A DNA stretch of 60,827 nt, the filler included, from Basidioascus undulatus (taxonomy: Eukaryota), in assembly GCA_000826855.1 (NCBI GenBank). It is 7 parts of 7 records of this genome, joined end to end, with 100 filler letters (N's around TTAATTAATTAA, not from the genome) between each part and the next. Parts side by side here need not be neighbours in the genome. Positions count along the whole stretch, not along the records: positions 11,513 to 37,886 come from JTLS01000190.1; positions 37,987 to 43,633 come from JTLS01001900.1; positions 43,734 to 49,371 come from JTLS01001901.1; 4 more parts are not named here. The stretch is one strand, 5' to 3'. Every line of letters begins with the position of its first letter. Position 1 is the first letter of the stretch. Of the stretch, positions 34,923 to 46,956 are shown piece by piece. The notes beneath the pieces were generated by a model. It saw only the letters and a program-made list of their open reading frames with translations, made no database searches and was not told the DNA's origin. The position numbers and the translations under genes were made by a program.

Positions 34923-35630
34923 ATGGCGCTCCCCCTCCTTCGCCGTCGCCCCTACACCATCCTCTCCACCGGCGCACTGCTCAGCGGGCTCATCTACGTG
35001 CGCTCCCAGCTCCTCGCCCTCGAACGAGCCTACCCGTCCCCCTCACCCTCCCCGTCCGACCCGCTCCTGCGTCCCGCGCAACCATCCCAAACAGTCCCCT
35101 ATGCAGACATCTTCTTCGCGCACGTGCCGGCGCGCTGGCTCTCCAGCGCGGGTGAGCCGCACGCGGCATGGGCGCGCGCGTTCTTACGCGGGCGGACGCT
35201 CGCGCTTGAGGGGCGCATGCTGGGCGGGGGAGACGCGGGAGAGGCGGAGGTGGATCGGGAAGCCGCGCAGCTCGTAGGCGGAGCGATGACCGTCCTATCC
35301 CCGCCTGCGCGGGGACGGCCGCTCGTAGCGGCGTGGGAGATGTCTTCCGCAGCGGTGGAGTTCTTTGAAGGGCTCTCGAGGTGGGGGTACCCGTTCAGGC
35401 TCATGAGTGGGGGGAGGCATACGTGGTCTGTGGTGCGAGAGGGTAAGGGAGAGGGGGAGGAGGAGGAGATGGTGTTGGTTGGGTTTGGTGCGGCACACGA
35501 CTATGAGCGGGAAGGTGACGACGGGAAAGTCATTCCCCGGTGGACGATCCGCGTGCATCGGGCGTATGCGAGGTGGTTGTTGAGGGAGGGGGTAGAGGAG
35601 CTGGAGCGGCGCGCGAGAGGGGAGGAGTAG
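34923..35630 (+). CDS. Single-exon fungal hypothetical protein (~235 aa) with an N-terminal hydrophobic segment
   Basis: MALPLLRRRPYTILSTGALLSGLIYV...GYPFRLMSGGRHTWSV...IPRWTIRVHRAYARWLL; strong codon bias. Confidence 0.65.
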   Translation: MALPLLRRRPYTILSTGALLSGLIYVRSQLLALERAYPSPSPSPSDPLLRPAQPSQTVPYADIFFAHVPARWLSSAGEPHAAWARAFLRGRTLALEGRMLGGGDAGEAEVDREAAQLVGGAMTVLSPPARGRPLVAAWEMSSAAVEFFEGLSRWGYPFRLMSGGRHTWSVVREGKGEGEEEEMVLVGFGAAHDYEREGDDGKVIPRWTIRVHRAYARWLLREGVEELERRARGEE

Positions 35631-35907
35631 AAGAGGGGACACGGCATATGAGATGCGATGAAGTGATCCAGTTCGAAATTAGTTCGAGTGTGTGAGTAAG
35701 TGATCGAACGGGCGGCTTCGAGCGAGGACCGCCCAACTTGTGCCAAATCCGCAACCTCCTGTGATCCCCTCGCAGCCAGAACGATGCGTCTCGCCGGCGC
35801 CATCCGCACAGCAGCCAAGTCGACTCAACAAGATCGTACACACCCTCTATAAGTACAGCTGCCGCCCAGCACCACCTTCGCCCCTCAACCCTAGCGTCGA
35901 CACGCCG

Positions 35908-36796
35908 CTACCGGTTCGCCTTCACTGTCGCGTCCAGAAAGCTGTGCCCGCACGCAGTGCAGACTGCGCTCCCCCCCGTGGTCCACTAAGCCAGTCGCTC
36001 CCACCGCTGCTGCCTGAGTGAGGGAAGTACGCACCGAAGAACAAAGTCATGCGCGTCGTCGTACGCTTGGACTGGTCTTGGAAGAAGACGCATCTGTTGG
36101 GTCGGGCGTGGAGGGTTGAGTAGGCGCCTTGGAGGGAGGCGGGGAGAACAGGAATGAGAGACAGACTCTTCGTTCTTGCATTTCGGACAAGGAAGGTTGG
36201 AGCGCGGCTGAGATATGGGAGGGGAAGATGAGAGGGTGCCAGGGGGACTGGGGTGGGAAGACGGCGGACGAGGGTGGGGTCTTTGCCGAGGTCCTGCGTA
36301 ACTCCGGCTTCTTCCCTGCGAGCAGAAGAGGCAGGAGGTCAGTCAGTGACTCTGATAGGCATTCGGCGGATGGCACAGCGGTGGGTATGAAAAATGTTGT
36401 GATCCATGATAGTCGAGCAGGTGGCGCTCGCAGCCTTCCAACCCAGCTCATGCCTTCCCAGCTCCCCCGCCCTGCCCATCACGGCCAGCCTATCACCCGC
36501 ATATACCCCCGCTTCCTAGATACCGCCCCACTCCTCAGACTCACTTTGACTCCCGCATCAGATCATTGCGGTATACAAGCGCCTCCCTCGCGTCCTCCTC
36601 GTAGGGACAGTTGCGGCACGCGAACCTGAGCTCGCGGCGCTCGCGATCCTCCTGCTCTCCACCATCAAACAAACAAGACACCCGCACAGACACGCATCAG
36701 CTCAGGCTGCACTGCTGAGAGTGGCACGGGCAGCTAGAGACGTGCGCGAGCGTAGAGGAGGTTTGAGCATTCGGAGCAGAACCGGAGGGACGACAT
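35908..36796 (-). CDS. RPB9: RNA polymerase II subunit Rpb9
   Basis: Spliced: MSSLRFCSECSNLLYAR|EDRERRELRFACRNCPYEE...|AGVTQDLGKDPTL|PRSNLPCPKCKNEE|CVFFQDQSKRTTTRMTLFF|VCTACGHSF; two zinc ribbons. The ORF track misses it because the exons are short. Confidence 0.93.
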
Positions 36797-37179
36797 CAGA
36801 AGCGGCGGGTGAGGGTATGGGGTTTGATAGGAGATGCTATGCGGCTGTTAGAGATGGGAGTACGCTGAGAGAAAGAGTGACTAATATAAAGAAGGAAGTC
36901 GGTGGCGGGGGCTGAGAAGGTGGAAGGCGGAGCAAGGCACAAGCAGGGTAAGGGGCTTGCGGAAATTGTAGAATTCCAAGTAGCATCGGCATCTCCGATG
37001 GGGCGGGCACACAGCGCGAACGCGGTCATCGCGCCGCATTTCGACGCGTGGCCAACGCGTCCCAACTTCGCTCCCACCATCATCCTCCCTTCGCCCCCCT
37101 CTCCCCAAGCTTTCCGTTTCTTGAACCCCCAAACCACATCGCCGTGTGTGCTTTGAGATAAAGGGCCCGGGTGGAATAC

Positions 37180-37886
37180 ATGACCAGGTGCGTCCGACCG
37201 GTCCCGCACCGCCTCCTCCAGGCTTCTTTGACCGCTCCCCCTCCCCCGCAGAGCGTCCCAACGTCGCGAGAACGAAGAGTTCGAACGGGCGCTCGCCCTC
37301 TCCGCCTTTGAGTCTTCCGCATCGGCGTCCGCCCACCGATCCGCGGCCGCGACCTCCTCGGGCTCAGCGTCAGCCTCAGCGGCCTCCTTCCTCCCCTCCG
37401 CGGCCGTCCGCCTCTCCGTCCCCTCGCCCAGCGGCGTGCCCAACAGCGTGAGCGACACCAGCGCGGAGTCGGCTGGGGCGTGCAACGCCTACCGCACGCA
37501 GCACGGCGTGGAGGTCGTCCAGGACAGCCAGGACGGCGATCGGTTCGGTCTGACTGGTGAGTCGGCGGGCGGGTCGTGGCGTGAGGTCGGGACAGGTTCA
37601 TAGGTGACGAGAACGCGGAGGGCTGACGTCCCAGTTGCAGACGAACGGCCCAGCAAACGACCTTTCAACTTTGCGCTTGTAGTGAAGTGTACGCCTGTTC
37701 ATTCCCTCTCGGCACTTGCTCGATCCGACTGCCATCGTCTCGAAGCCACCCCGCCCGCACAGCACTCTTCCTCCAGCGCACCCCAGCGCTTCATTCCCAT
37801 GCCAGCCGGTCAGTCCTGCCCTATGCCACACCTTGTGGCCCCTCCTTTATGACGCTTGCCCATCGCTGCAGACCCTCCCGCCCCCG
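37180..37886 (+). CDS. UIM-containing protein, 5' part
   Basis: MT|RASQRRENEEFERALALSAFES contains a ubiquitin-interacting motif consensus (EEE-x-x-x-A-L-x-L-S); runs toward the contig end. Confidence 0.5.
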
Positions 37887-37986
37887 NNNNNNNNNNNNNN
37901 NNNNNNNNNNNNNNNNNNNNNNNNNNNNNNTTAATTAATTAANNNNNNNNNNNNNNNNNNNNNNNNNNNNNNNNNNNNNNNNNNNN
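37887..37986. other. Artificial contig spacer
   Basis: N44-TTAATTAATTAA-N44. Confidence 0.99.
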
Positions 37987-39409
37987 CCGGCGGTGAACTC
38001 GAACAGCTTGTCGCCGACCTTCTCACGAACGATCGCCTTGTGCTCGGTGATGCAGACGTGCTTGTCGAGCGCATCGGCCAGCTCCTCCGCCGGTGCGTCT
38101 GTGTCGGGCCGAACAAGCGAGTCGCGCAGAAGAAGCGTAGCGCCCTTCTTGTAGTTCCGGATGTTCCTAAAGCGCGCAGCCGTAAGCCGGCAAGACAAGA
38201 ACCCAGATGTAGAACGGGAGACGCACTCTTTCACTTTCGCGCGCTCAGGACCGAGGGCGTCATTGAGAGTCTTGGTCGCGATAGGGCATTCCTGAGCAGC
38301 CGTCCTCAGTGAGCATTCTTCCAAAGCTCCACGAAACCACGCGCAGAACGCACCTCAATGTCCATCACGGTCCGCCTGCCCTTCTGGTCAAACCCGATCC
38401 GAACCTCCCAGTCCGCCTTCGCGTTCTTCGGCGGCGCCTGGAAGTGCGGCGTGATCTTCGTGCGGTAGTTGTACTGCTTGGGGGACGCGATGGTGGGCTG
38501 CGGGGAGTGATGGAGCCTCAGCCGCAGTGCGCGCGAACAGCGGACAGCGGAACGGAGACGGACAAGGACGGGCGGGACGAGCTCAGAGGGGAGGTGGGAG
38601 AAGTTGGTATACGCCTTCTCGACGACGCGCTGCTTGAGAAGCAGCTGGTTCTCGTACGGGACCATCTACGCGGGAAGAAAAATGACTTTGTCAGTTTCCA
38701 CTGCCTCGTGAAAGCTGGAAAAATGCACGCGCTGCGCACCTGGTACTGGCAACCGCTGCACTGCCCGAAGTACTTGCAGCCCACAAGCTTGTCGTCACGG
38801 CCGCTCTCGCACGCATCGATCACGCGCACGAAGTCCGCGTAGGAATGGAGATGCGCGTTCCTGTAGACGCGGGCGAGGACTCGTTCGCCAGGAAGGCAGA
38901 ACGGGACGGCCACGACCCAGTCTCCCGAATCCACGACCGCCAGCCCGTCGCCTGACCCCTCCCTCGATAAGCTACTCTCGCAAAGATGTCTTCTCGGAGA
39001 TTGAGATGTGCGCACCGTGCGAGCTGATCTCCTTGATCTCAAGTTCCACCTCCGTCCCCACCGCGAAGCGCTGAGCTCGCGACGTGCCTGCCTCCTCCGC
39101 GGCGGACACAACATCCTCGCCCAGGAGCGTGACAATGTCGAAATAGATGGCTTCCTCCGCCCCACCGGGCGTGGGAGGCTTGACCTTGACCTTCTTGTTC
39201 TTCTTCCTCGGCTCGCGCTTCTTGGGCTGCTGCTGCATGGGCTGCGACTCGCCGTCGGTGGCAGTTGGTGCTCCGGCACCATCAGCGGGTGCGGCTGGCG
39301 CGGTCGCGGTCGCGGGGGACTCGATGTCGAGCTTAACGCGTTTGGTGGGTGGGGCGTCGGCGGATGGCGAAGGGGCGCGAGGCGCCTCGGCGGAGGGGGC
39401 GGAGGACAT
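37987..39409 (-). CDS. TRM2: tRNA (uracil-54-C5)-methyltransferase Trm2, 5' part
   Basis: TRAM domain (ELEIKEISSHGDGLAV..VAVPFCLPGERVLARV), CKYFGQCSGCQYQ, YNYRTKITPHF, DIEECPIAT, KKGATLLLRDS. Confidence 0.9.
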
Positions 39410-39899
39410 GCTGAAGGCCCGGAAGAGGTGAACGCTCTGCCGGGGAACGTTGAAAAGGAGGGTTGGGCGAAGGAGTGTGCGCCGTAGAACAGGTAGGATC
39501 GCCAGGATGATGGGCTTAGAAATGCAAAGAACTGTGAGCACAGGGAAGGAGAGAAGACGCGGCAACTGGGCGGGAGACATCTGAAAGTTGGGGATCACGT
39601 GCAATTCCGTGGGCATCCGACGGTGGAGGGTCGGTGAATGTCGCGAAACGATTGGCCTGAACGCACGACCTGCGTCTCGGACAGGATAAGTCTGGGTGGA
39701 GAAAATATGGGAAATCTTCAAGAAAGATACAAAAAAATAGATAATCAGAAGTGTAAGAGTCGCTCTCAGACTCGTATTCTTGGCGCTGCAAGCTGAGTGC
39801 CCTGCCGGACGCAACGACCACAGCGCGTGTTGGAACACAGTCTTTACCAATCGCGTTGCCTAAGGAATTCCATAGAAATGTTGAAGAAGTGCATAAAAG

Positions 39900-41620
39900 C
39901 CGCACAAGTATAGCATGCACAGCAATACACACTTCAGCGCAGCTCCGCCTCGCAGTCCTCTCGCCAAAAAAAGATTGCCATGCATTTCAACCTTTACAAG
40001 AGATGTTTCAATCACCGAAGAAACAGACTCTTCCGAGTCCGCCGTTGTGGAGGACTCTTCGTCATCTGCGGCAACAGATTCGTCAAGACTCCTGCGAGGC
40101 GGTAGAAACCGAGGAAGGAGCTCACCATTGACCGTAGTACTCCTGCAATGACGGCGCGTACAGCCCCCGCGAATCCACAAATCGAATCTTGGAGTTCTGT
40201 CCTGCTTCTCAAGCACTCTGACGGCCCGTCAAGGCAGTGCGTGAGTGCAAGACCGACCAGCGAGATCCGCCATCGACGCATCAGCCCATTTCAACACCGT
40301 TCCGTCCTTGCTTCCCTAGTACAGCGAGGCCATGTTGATGAGATCCAGCTGAGGGAATCCACTGTCGTCGAAGGCGCGCCAAAAGCGGTCGGTCGGCTTC
40401 TTCCCGTAGCCGCGCGGGTGGATGAGCAGGAGCTGGCGGAGGGTGGGATGCGCGGTCGAGAGCGTGCACGGGTCCAGCAAGGTGTGGTAGGAGAGGATCC
40501 AGAAGAGGAGGAGGTCTATGGGCCAGAATTAAGTAGGCTGCGAGAACGAGAAATGGAATCAGTAAGGGTCTGTTGAGCGAAGTACGCACTCGGGCGAAGC
40601 TGGAGGAAATCCGGCCAGTCGGGAGGGTATAGCTGGCCCTTGTCGGCATCCCAGCGGGGCGTGCGGACGGTGGGCCTGAATAGCTTGTCTTCTTGTCGCT
40701 GAAGGAACCAGCCAAGCGACCGATAAGCGCTGTACGCCGGCTCGACAGTAGCGAAGCGCAGCTTCGGGAGCGCGAGTTGCTCGAGCGCGTACGCGACGTT
40801 CGCAGCGAGTGGGCTGTACCTCAGCTACTTGAGCTCCGGGAGCGAGGAATTGTCGATCGCGGGGTATGACTGCGAGGACGGCACATACGGCTGGGGCTGC
40901 TCTTGTTCGCCTTCGAACTCGGTGTAGAACTCGAGCGTGCGAGGCCGGACAGAAGGCCGAGCGCGTCGAAGTCGGGCCCGCTGGCGGGGCCACGAGGCGG
41001 AGTTGTTCGATTACGCGCAGACGCGAGCCCGGGCCTTCAGCGAGCGCGCGGAGGATGGCCCCGGGAACGTCGTACAGCGGACGCGGGAGAGGTTGGGGCA
41101 GCGCTGGAGGAACGAGGGAAGCGTGCGGATGAGGTCGGGCAGTTCTTGGGATTTGTGAGCGCGTTCGAGGAGGGAGAGGTCGATCGAGTGGAGAGAGGAC
41201 CAATGCGAGTGGTGGTCGATGGACGAGATGAGGTCGTCCAAGCCGGGAGCGGCTGGACGACGAGGCATGGGTCGGAGAAGAAAGGTTTCATGGCGAGTTC
41301 CTGAGCGCCGCCCACTCGAAGTCGTCAGCCGGCGCTCTCTGATCCTAAGTAAAGACCCGAGAAACGCGACAGACCTTGAACCGCTTGCAAGTGAGAAGCA
41401 GCGCGAGCCGGTCCTTGTTCACAGGATGACCGTCCCAATGAGAGAAGCTCAGGTATCCGCCTCTGGGCCATTTGCGGACCATCGCATACGCAAGGATCTC
41501 GTCCAGATCTCAGGCGGGAAGAGATCGAGGCCTCGAGTGCGGCCGGCGATAGACTGCGGGGCCAGACGACTCGAGTGAGCAGCGAGCCGCGGGCCAGCAA
41601 GTCCTCCGATGGGCCGGCTG
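39900..41620 (-). pseudogene. F-box protein gene disrupted by frameshifts (pseudogene or assembly errors)
   Basis: LDLFPPEIW/DEILAYAM...LALLLTCKRFK requires a frameshift near 41503. ELAMKPFFSDPCL and LDDLISSID..FLQRCPNLSRV are again in different frames. The distal boundary is approximate. Confidence 0.45.
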
Positions 41621-41884
41621 ACCTGGTTTATGGTGGACAGTACGGGTGGTGTGAGAACAAGGATACTGGCGACGACGACGAGGTCAACAAGTGGGACGAA
41701 AGGTGATGAAAGCAAGTGACAAGACGCGTCCGGTTCCCGAGGACCCTAACTTACGCGAATTGAGGCTTGATAAGATAAAACAAACGTCGGTTTCATCGAT
41801 GCCAACACGCTGCATGCTTCTGACAACGCCAAAGCACAGTCCGAAGCAACAGTCCATGTGCGCTCTAGACTCTATGTAATCCAT

Positions 41885-43633
41885 CTAAGCGTCCGTCCTC
41901 TCCCTTCCGTCCTCCCGCTCTTCTCCCCCAACCTCTTCAACAACGTCCTTCTGCTCCCTCTTCCCCTCCAGCTCATACTCCTTAACCGGCAACGCGCTGG
42001 CGCCCGCCCCTCACTTATCAATATCTCACCTCCCCCAATTCCCACCTTCCACAACAACAAACGCACCTGAGGAACATAACCACCGCAAAGACCATATTGA
42101 CTTTCCCCCGCGCCCTGTCAGTCCCGCACCGCACAAGAGGGAAAGAGAAGAGAAGGCACGTACCGAGGAACACGGCATGGAACGACTTCTCGTACGCCTG
42201 CACGGCCGCGCGCTGGGTCTCGCGCGGGAGGGAGGGGAGGATGTCCGCCTGCTCGCGGATGCGGCGGATGAGGTCTTCGGAGCCGGGGCCGGTGATGCGC
42301 TTGTGGAGGTCTGGAGGAAGCGGATGGGCGAGATGAGATGGGAGGGGAGGAGAGGGGGAAGGGAGGGACGCGTACTGTTTGTGAGCAGGCTTTGGAGGAT
42401 CGACGAGCTGACGGCGACGCCGAGGACCTATGAGGAGTGCGCGGCTCAGTAAATGAAATCGTGCGAGTGCAAGTGATGCGCACCTGGCCCAGCGTCCTGA
42501 AAGCGTACGACCCGCCAATAGCGACCGCTACCCTCCTTGCATCTCAGCCCCTCCGCCCTTGCAAGCTCCCGCAGCGCTTCCCCCACTCACCCATCTGGTC
42601 AGACTTCACACTCGACACGAGCGCGACTGTCCCATCCCCCTGCATCAGCACATTTTTTACTCTGAATGGCTGGCAATCGGACCCAGACGCACTCAAAAAC
42701 GTCGTGAGAACCCCGCCCGACCCGAACGAGCTGACCGTCATCGTCACGACGAACAGCCACTCGGATGTGCACTCGCTCCATGTGGCAGCCAAGATCTGGG
42801 CGACGACTATCCCGTCCCATCCCCGCCCGTCACAATCAGCTGTGCTTACTCTTCGTCCGCCTAAGAGGAGACGTACGAGGGAAGAGCGCGATAACAACAT
42901 TAAGGCGGTAGAAGCGCTGCCCCCCGCCACGCGCGCTTCAGCTTCTCCTGCCGGAAAAAGAAAGGGGAAGGTGGAGGAGGAAGACGGCCTACCCCAGTCC
43001 GACGCATCACCCAGCCCGTGTAGACCGAGCCGGCCGCCCCGCCCAGAGAGGAGGGGAGGAGGAGCGCGCCTGTGTGACCGGAGGAGGCGAGCTTGACGGT
43101 GCGGAGGAAGAGGGGGGCTTGGTAGAGCTGTCCATCCCATCCACGCACAGTCGCATCAGCATCCCCCTCTCCTTTCCCCATCCCGAGAAACGCACCCGCG
43201 CGAAATCGAACTGCCTCCTCCCCCAATCAGCCGAAGTCCGAAGACGAAACGAATTCAAGCGGGGAGGGGAAGGGAGAGAGGGAAAGAGGGACGCACGACG
43301 CTCATCGTGAAATTGGAAACAAAGCTCAAACTCGGGTTCCGCTCGCCCAGCAAGCTGATAGGAAACGCCGGCTCGCGCGCGACTTTGACCTCGACGAGGA
43401 CGAACGTCGCTGCGAGCGCGCCGGAGGCCGCGAGGAGGCCGTACACACGCGGGTGCGAGAAGGGGAGGTCAGAGGAGGTTTTGAGGGTGAGGCCGAGGAG
43501 GAGGGCGGAGATCTGCAGGTGTGTGAGGGTGGGTTCAGGGTCGGGAGAGGGGGGGAAGAAGGTAAGAAGGGGGGGAAGAGGAGGAGGCGAAGAGGAGGAA
43601 GAGGAGGCGGAGGAAGAGGAAGAGGAGATGAGG
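41885..43633 (-). CDS. DHA2/Vba-like MFS transporter, 3' part
   Basis: FVLVEVKVAREPAFPISLL, TGALLLPSSLGGAAGSVYTGWVMRRTG, AIGGSYAFRTLGQ, SSILQSLL..LHKRITGPGSEDLIRRIRE..AYEKSFHAVF. Confidence 0.85.
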
Positions 43634-43733
43634 NNNNNNNNNNNNNNNNNNNNNNNNNNNNNNNNNNNNNNNNNNNNTTAATTAATTAANNNNNNNNNNN
43701 NNNNNNNNNNNNNNNNNNNNNNNNNNNNNNNNN
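43634..43733. other. Artificial contig spacer
   Basis: N44-TTAATTAATTAA-N44. Confidence 0.99.
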
Positions 43734-44256
43734 TCCGCCGCACCCGCTCCGCCGACGCCACCCCCACCGCCACGCCCTCTACCCCGCTCTTTCACCGCTC
43801 CGCCGCACCCGCTCCGCCTCCCCCGCCAGGCCCGTCGAGCCCGCGCCCCCCGTCGAGGCTTCGCACTGCGCCGCAGCGGCAGACTCTGCGCACGCGCCTG
43901 TCGTCGCGCTTGAGGAGAACGCGTTCGACAGCTTCGTGAGTCCGCATCACTCGATCTCGATCGCTCAAAAGCTCATAACTGACGTGATGCTCGGAGGTGA
44001 ACAGGAGCCCTGCCCGCACCTCGAGATTCAGTATTCTGCAACGATTGACGACTTCGGTCTCTGCATGGTACGGCCTGCGGAGGAGCAGGTCCCGTTCGAG
44101 TCTGCGGTCGAAGAGCTGGAGAAGGAGGTGCGTTTTTCATCCACACTCTAGTTGTTGGAAGAATCGTGGCTGATCTATCTGGTGGACGATCAGATGTACC
44201 GCACCTCCCCGGCACACCTCGGCTCGCTCCTGGCCTCGGTGAAGGACATGCGGTGA
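43734..44256 (+). CDS. 3' end of a hypothetical spliced protein
   Basis: ...VALEENAFDSF|EPCPHLEIQYSATIDDFGLCMVRPAEEQVPFESAVEELEKE|MYRTSPAHLGSLLASVKDMR* across canonical introns. Confidence 0.5.
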
Positions 44257-45328
44257 CGGATCTGGGTCTTGCGAGACGCCAACGACTCCATCCGGAGCGA
44301 CCTCACGCCCAGTGCACGCCTCGCACTCGCCCTACCGCCTTGGCCGAGGACGCGATGTTCTTCCACGGCCTTCCGACCCCCCCTCCGTCGCCGACCTTCA
44401 AGACTGTGACGTTAGACCTCCCCCTCCTCCCACCTCGTTACCCTCGCTCCACAAGCTCCTCTGTTTCCCTACGCGCCCCCCATCTCCGACTTCGCCGCCC
44501 GCATCGCGCTCTACAAGTCCGTCCACGAAGCTGCGCCTTTCGTGAACCAGCCGTTCTCTCTCATTGTTTCTTCTCCGCTGTACTTTGCTGAAAAGTAGCT
44601 GGCTGTACTATTCTAACTTGCCTTCCAATTCTCGCCGCTTCTTTAACTGCTCCTTGCCCCTCGCTTCCCCTCCCCTTCGTTCTTTTTGGAACTGTGCTTT
44701 CCCGGCTGTACTTTGGTAACGGAACTGTTGTACTACTTTTTTGGCTGAATCACTTCTTGCAATTTGATGTTTTATGCCCCTCTCGTAGTAGAGGCATCAG
44801 AAATGAAAGGCTAGGAAGGTCCCCGGCCGGTGGACTGTAGAATAGAGAGTCTAGAGAGTCAGCGTTCTACAATCGCTCTGTGCCCTTCTCCTTCCCTGTA
44901 ACAGATGAACGAAGTACGCGCTTCGCCTGAGCGCCATTTGTTAGAGGAGTTTGGGAAGCTCAAGTACTTGAAAGAAGGCGCGTCACGCTTGTCAGGACGG
45001 GTGTCTTTAATCGCCAAAGACAAAAAAACGAACGACGGCATCCAGCTCGACAAACGAACGACGACATCCAGACGCGTTTTTCTGTTCCGTACCTACTCCA
45101 TTGGGGAGGGTCGAACCCGTCGACAATTTTTGCCCAGTGTCCATTGCTCTCCCTATTCGCACTCCACCAGCCACAGCGCCACTCACCCTCTCGTGCACAA
45201 TCGTCTGCAATGAATAGCGCCTAGTGCCATGGCATCAAGTACCTCAAGGCATTCCCTTCTTCAACCCAAATCTATGCGTGCCCCTCAAGCTTTAACCCAC
45301 GCACCCCCGCGCCACGCCTCCTAGGTAA

Positions 45329-46956
45329 TCAAGCATGGTAGTCCCCCTTCGGCCCACCCCGCCGCTCCCACACCGCCTCAATGTCCATATCCGCCCGCCC
45401 ATCCGTCCTATACACAATCTCCGGCTCCCCGCCCTCCTTCTCCGGATCATAGAAGACGATGTTGTTCGTCAGTCCGAGGGTGAGGTGGATCGCCCCGGGG
45501 CCGGGCTGGTACTTCCGTAACTCCAGTTCCTCCTCCCCCTTACCCACACCCGCCTTGATGAGCGCAAGAATATTGTCCTTGACGATCTCGGTCTGCACGA
45601 TGGCCGGGCGCGCGGCTTTGGGCCCGCCCGAGTCGGCGACGTCCCCGACTGCGAAGATGTGCGGCAGGGAGGGGTCGGAGACTTGGAGGGTTGGCTCGAC
45701 GCGAACAAAGTTGTTTGAGGAGTTGATCAGGGCGGGCGGGAGGAAGGCGGTGTTAGGCATCTGGCCGGTTGCGACGATCTGAGGTCGTCCAAAGAACAGA
45801 ACGTGAGAAGGAGTCCGCTAGTGAGGAGGAAGAACAAGGGAAGGAAGGAACGCACCACCAAGTCCCCCTTCAGCGTCTTCCCATTCTCCAACTCCACCGT
45901 CACCTCTCCCCCATCTGTGGGCCAGCCCTCGCTCGGCACCTTTGCGCGGCTCCCGAGCTCGAGGTGGACTCCCAGCTTGGAGAGGTAGGGGACGACGACG
46001 TCGTGGATGCGCGGGTCGAAGCGCGGGAGGAGGTTCGCGCGCGAGTGCACGAGCGTCACGGACTTGGAGGGGTAGAGGTCGGCGATGTCGGTGGCCATCT
46101 CTGTGGGGGTGAAATCCGGTTAGTACGTGGGTGGGCTGGGGTGCGGAAGGGAGAGGAAGAGGGGAAAGAACGGACGTACGGACGCCGACGGCCCCGCCGC
46201 CGAGGATGATGATCCTCTGTGCGTCCTTGACCTTCTCTTGGTCTTCCCACCCCGCATTCTCTTGTCAGCCTCTCCTCTCTGCTGCACGCAGCACCGACAT
46301 GCACGTTGCCTAAAGTACTCCACCCCCTCGACCTTCCCCTCCGTATGGAGCGTCCCCGGCGGGGGGAGGACCGTCCCCGTCGCAAGAACGAGGTACTCGA
46401 ACGGCACCTCCGTGCTTCCGTCCGGGAGCGGGCGGTCGAGGATGAGCGCGTGCGGCTGGGCGGCGGTCGCGCGCGCGCGGACCACTTCGCCCGCGGCGGG
46501 AGGGGAGGAGGCGAAGAGGCCTGAGTACTGCGATGGAGAGCCCGGGGTGAGGGTGTGGAAGAGAAAAGGGAGGGGGGCAGGAGATGAGGTACGGGAATGA
46601 ACGCTTTGTGCTCGTGCCCTGGGAGGACGGCGAAGCGCGGGAAGGCAAAGACGTGCTGGAAGTGCGAGTTCTTCTCTCTGCATTTGCGGGGCCAACGTCA
46701 GACGGCGTAAGCCTAGTTCAAGGAAGCAGGGAGGGCGAGGGGGAGGGAGACGCACACGAGCACGACCTTGTGCGACTCGGGCAGGTCGGCAGCGAGGATC
46801 TTTGCGAGGTTGTAGCCGACGTACGACCCGCCGAGGACGACGACGTTCTGGTCCGCCCAACCTCCCCCTAGCCTCAGCCCCGCACGCTCCCTCCCTCTCC
46901 TTTCCCATCAGCCACAGCCAACGCACCTTGCTACGCGCACCAGAAGCAGCAGACAT
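45329..46956 (-). CDS. AIF/AMID (FSP1-like) FAD/NAD(P)H oxidoreductase
   Basis: NVVVLGGSYVG, FEYLVLATGT, IIILGGGAVG, VTLVHSR, ATGQMPNT, IFAVGDVAD (Pyr_redox_2 motifs). Confidence 0.88.

Noticed and set aside
11513..37886. One 26.4-kb contig among ~5.6-kb contigs as a possible insertion or foreign island
   Set aside because: It has the same intron style, codon bias and housekeeping genes as the others. Contig ordering is the simplest explanation.
27699..39409. Functional linkage of the permuted tRNA with TRM2
   Set aside because: A contig spacer separates them, so the adjacency is artificial.
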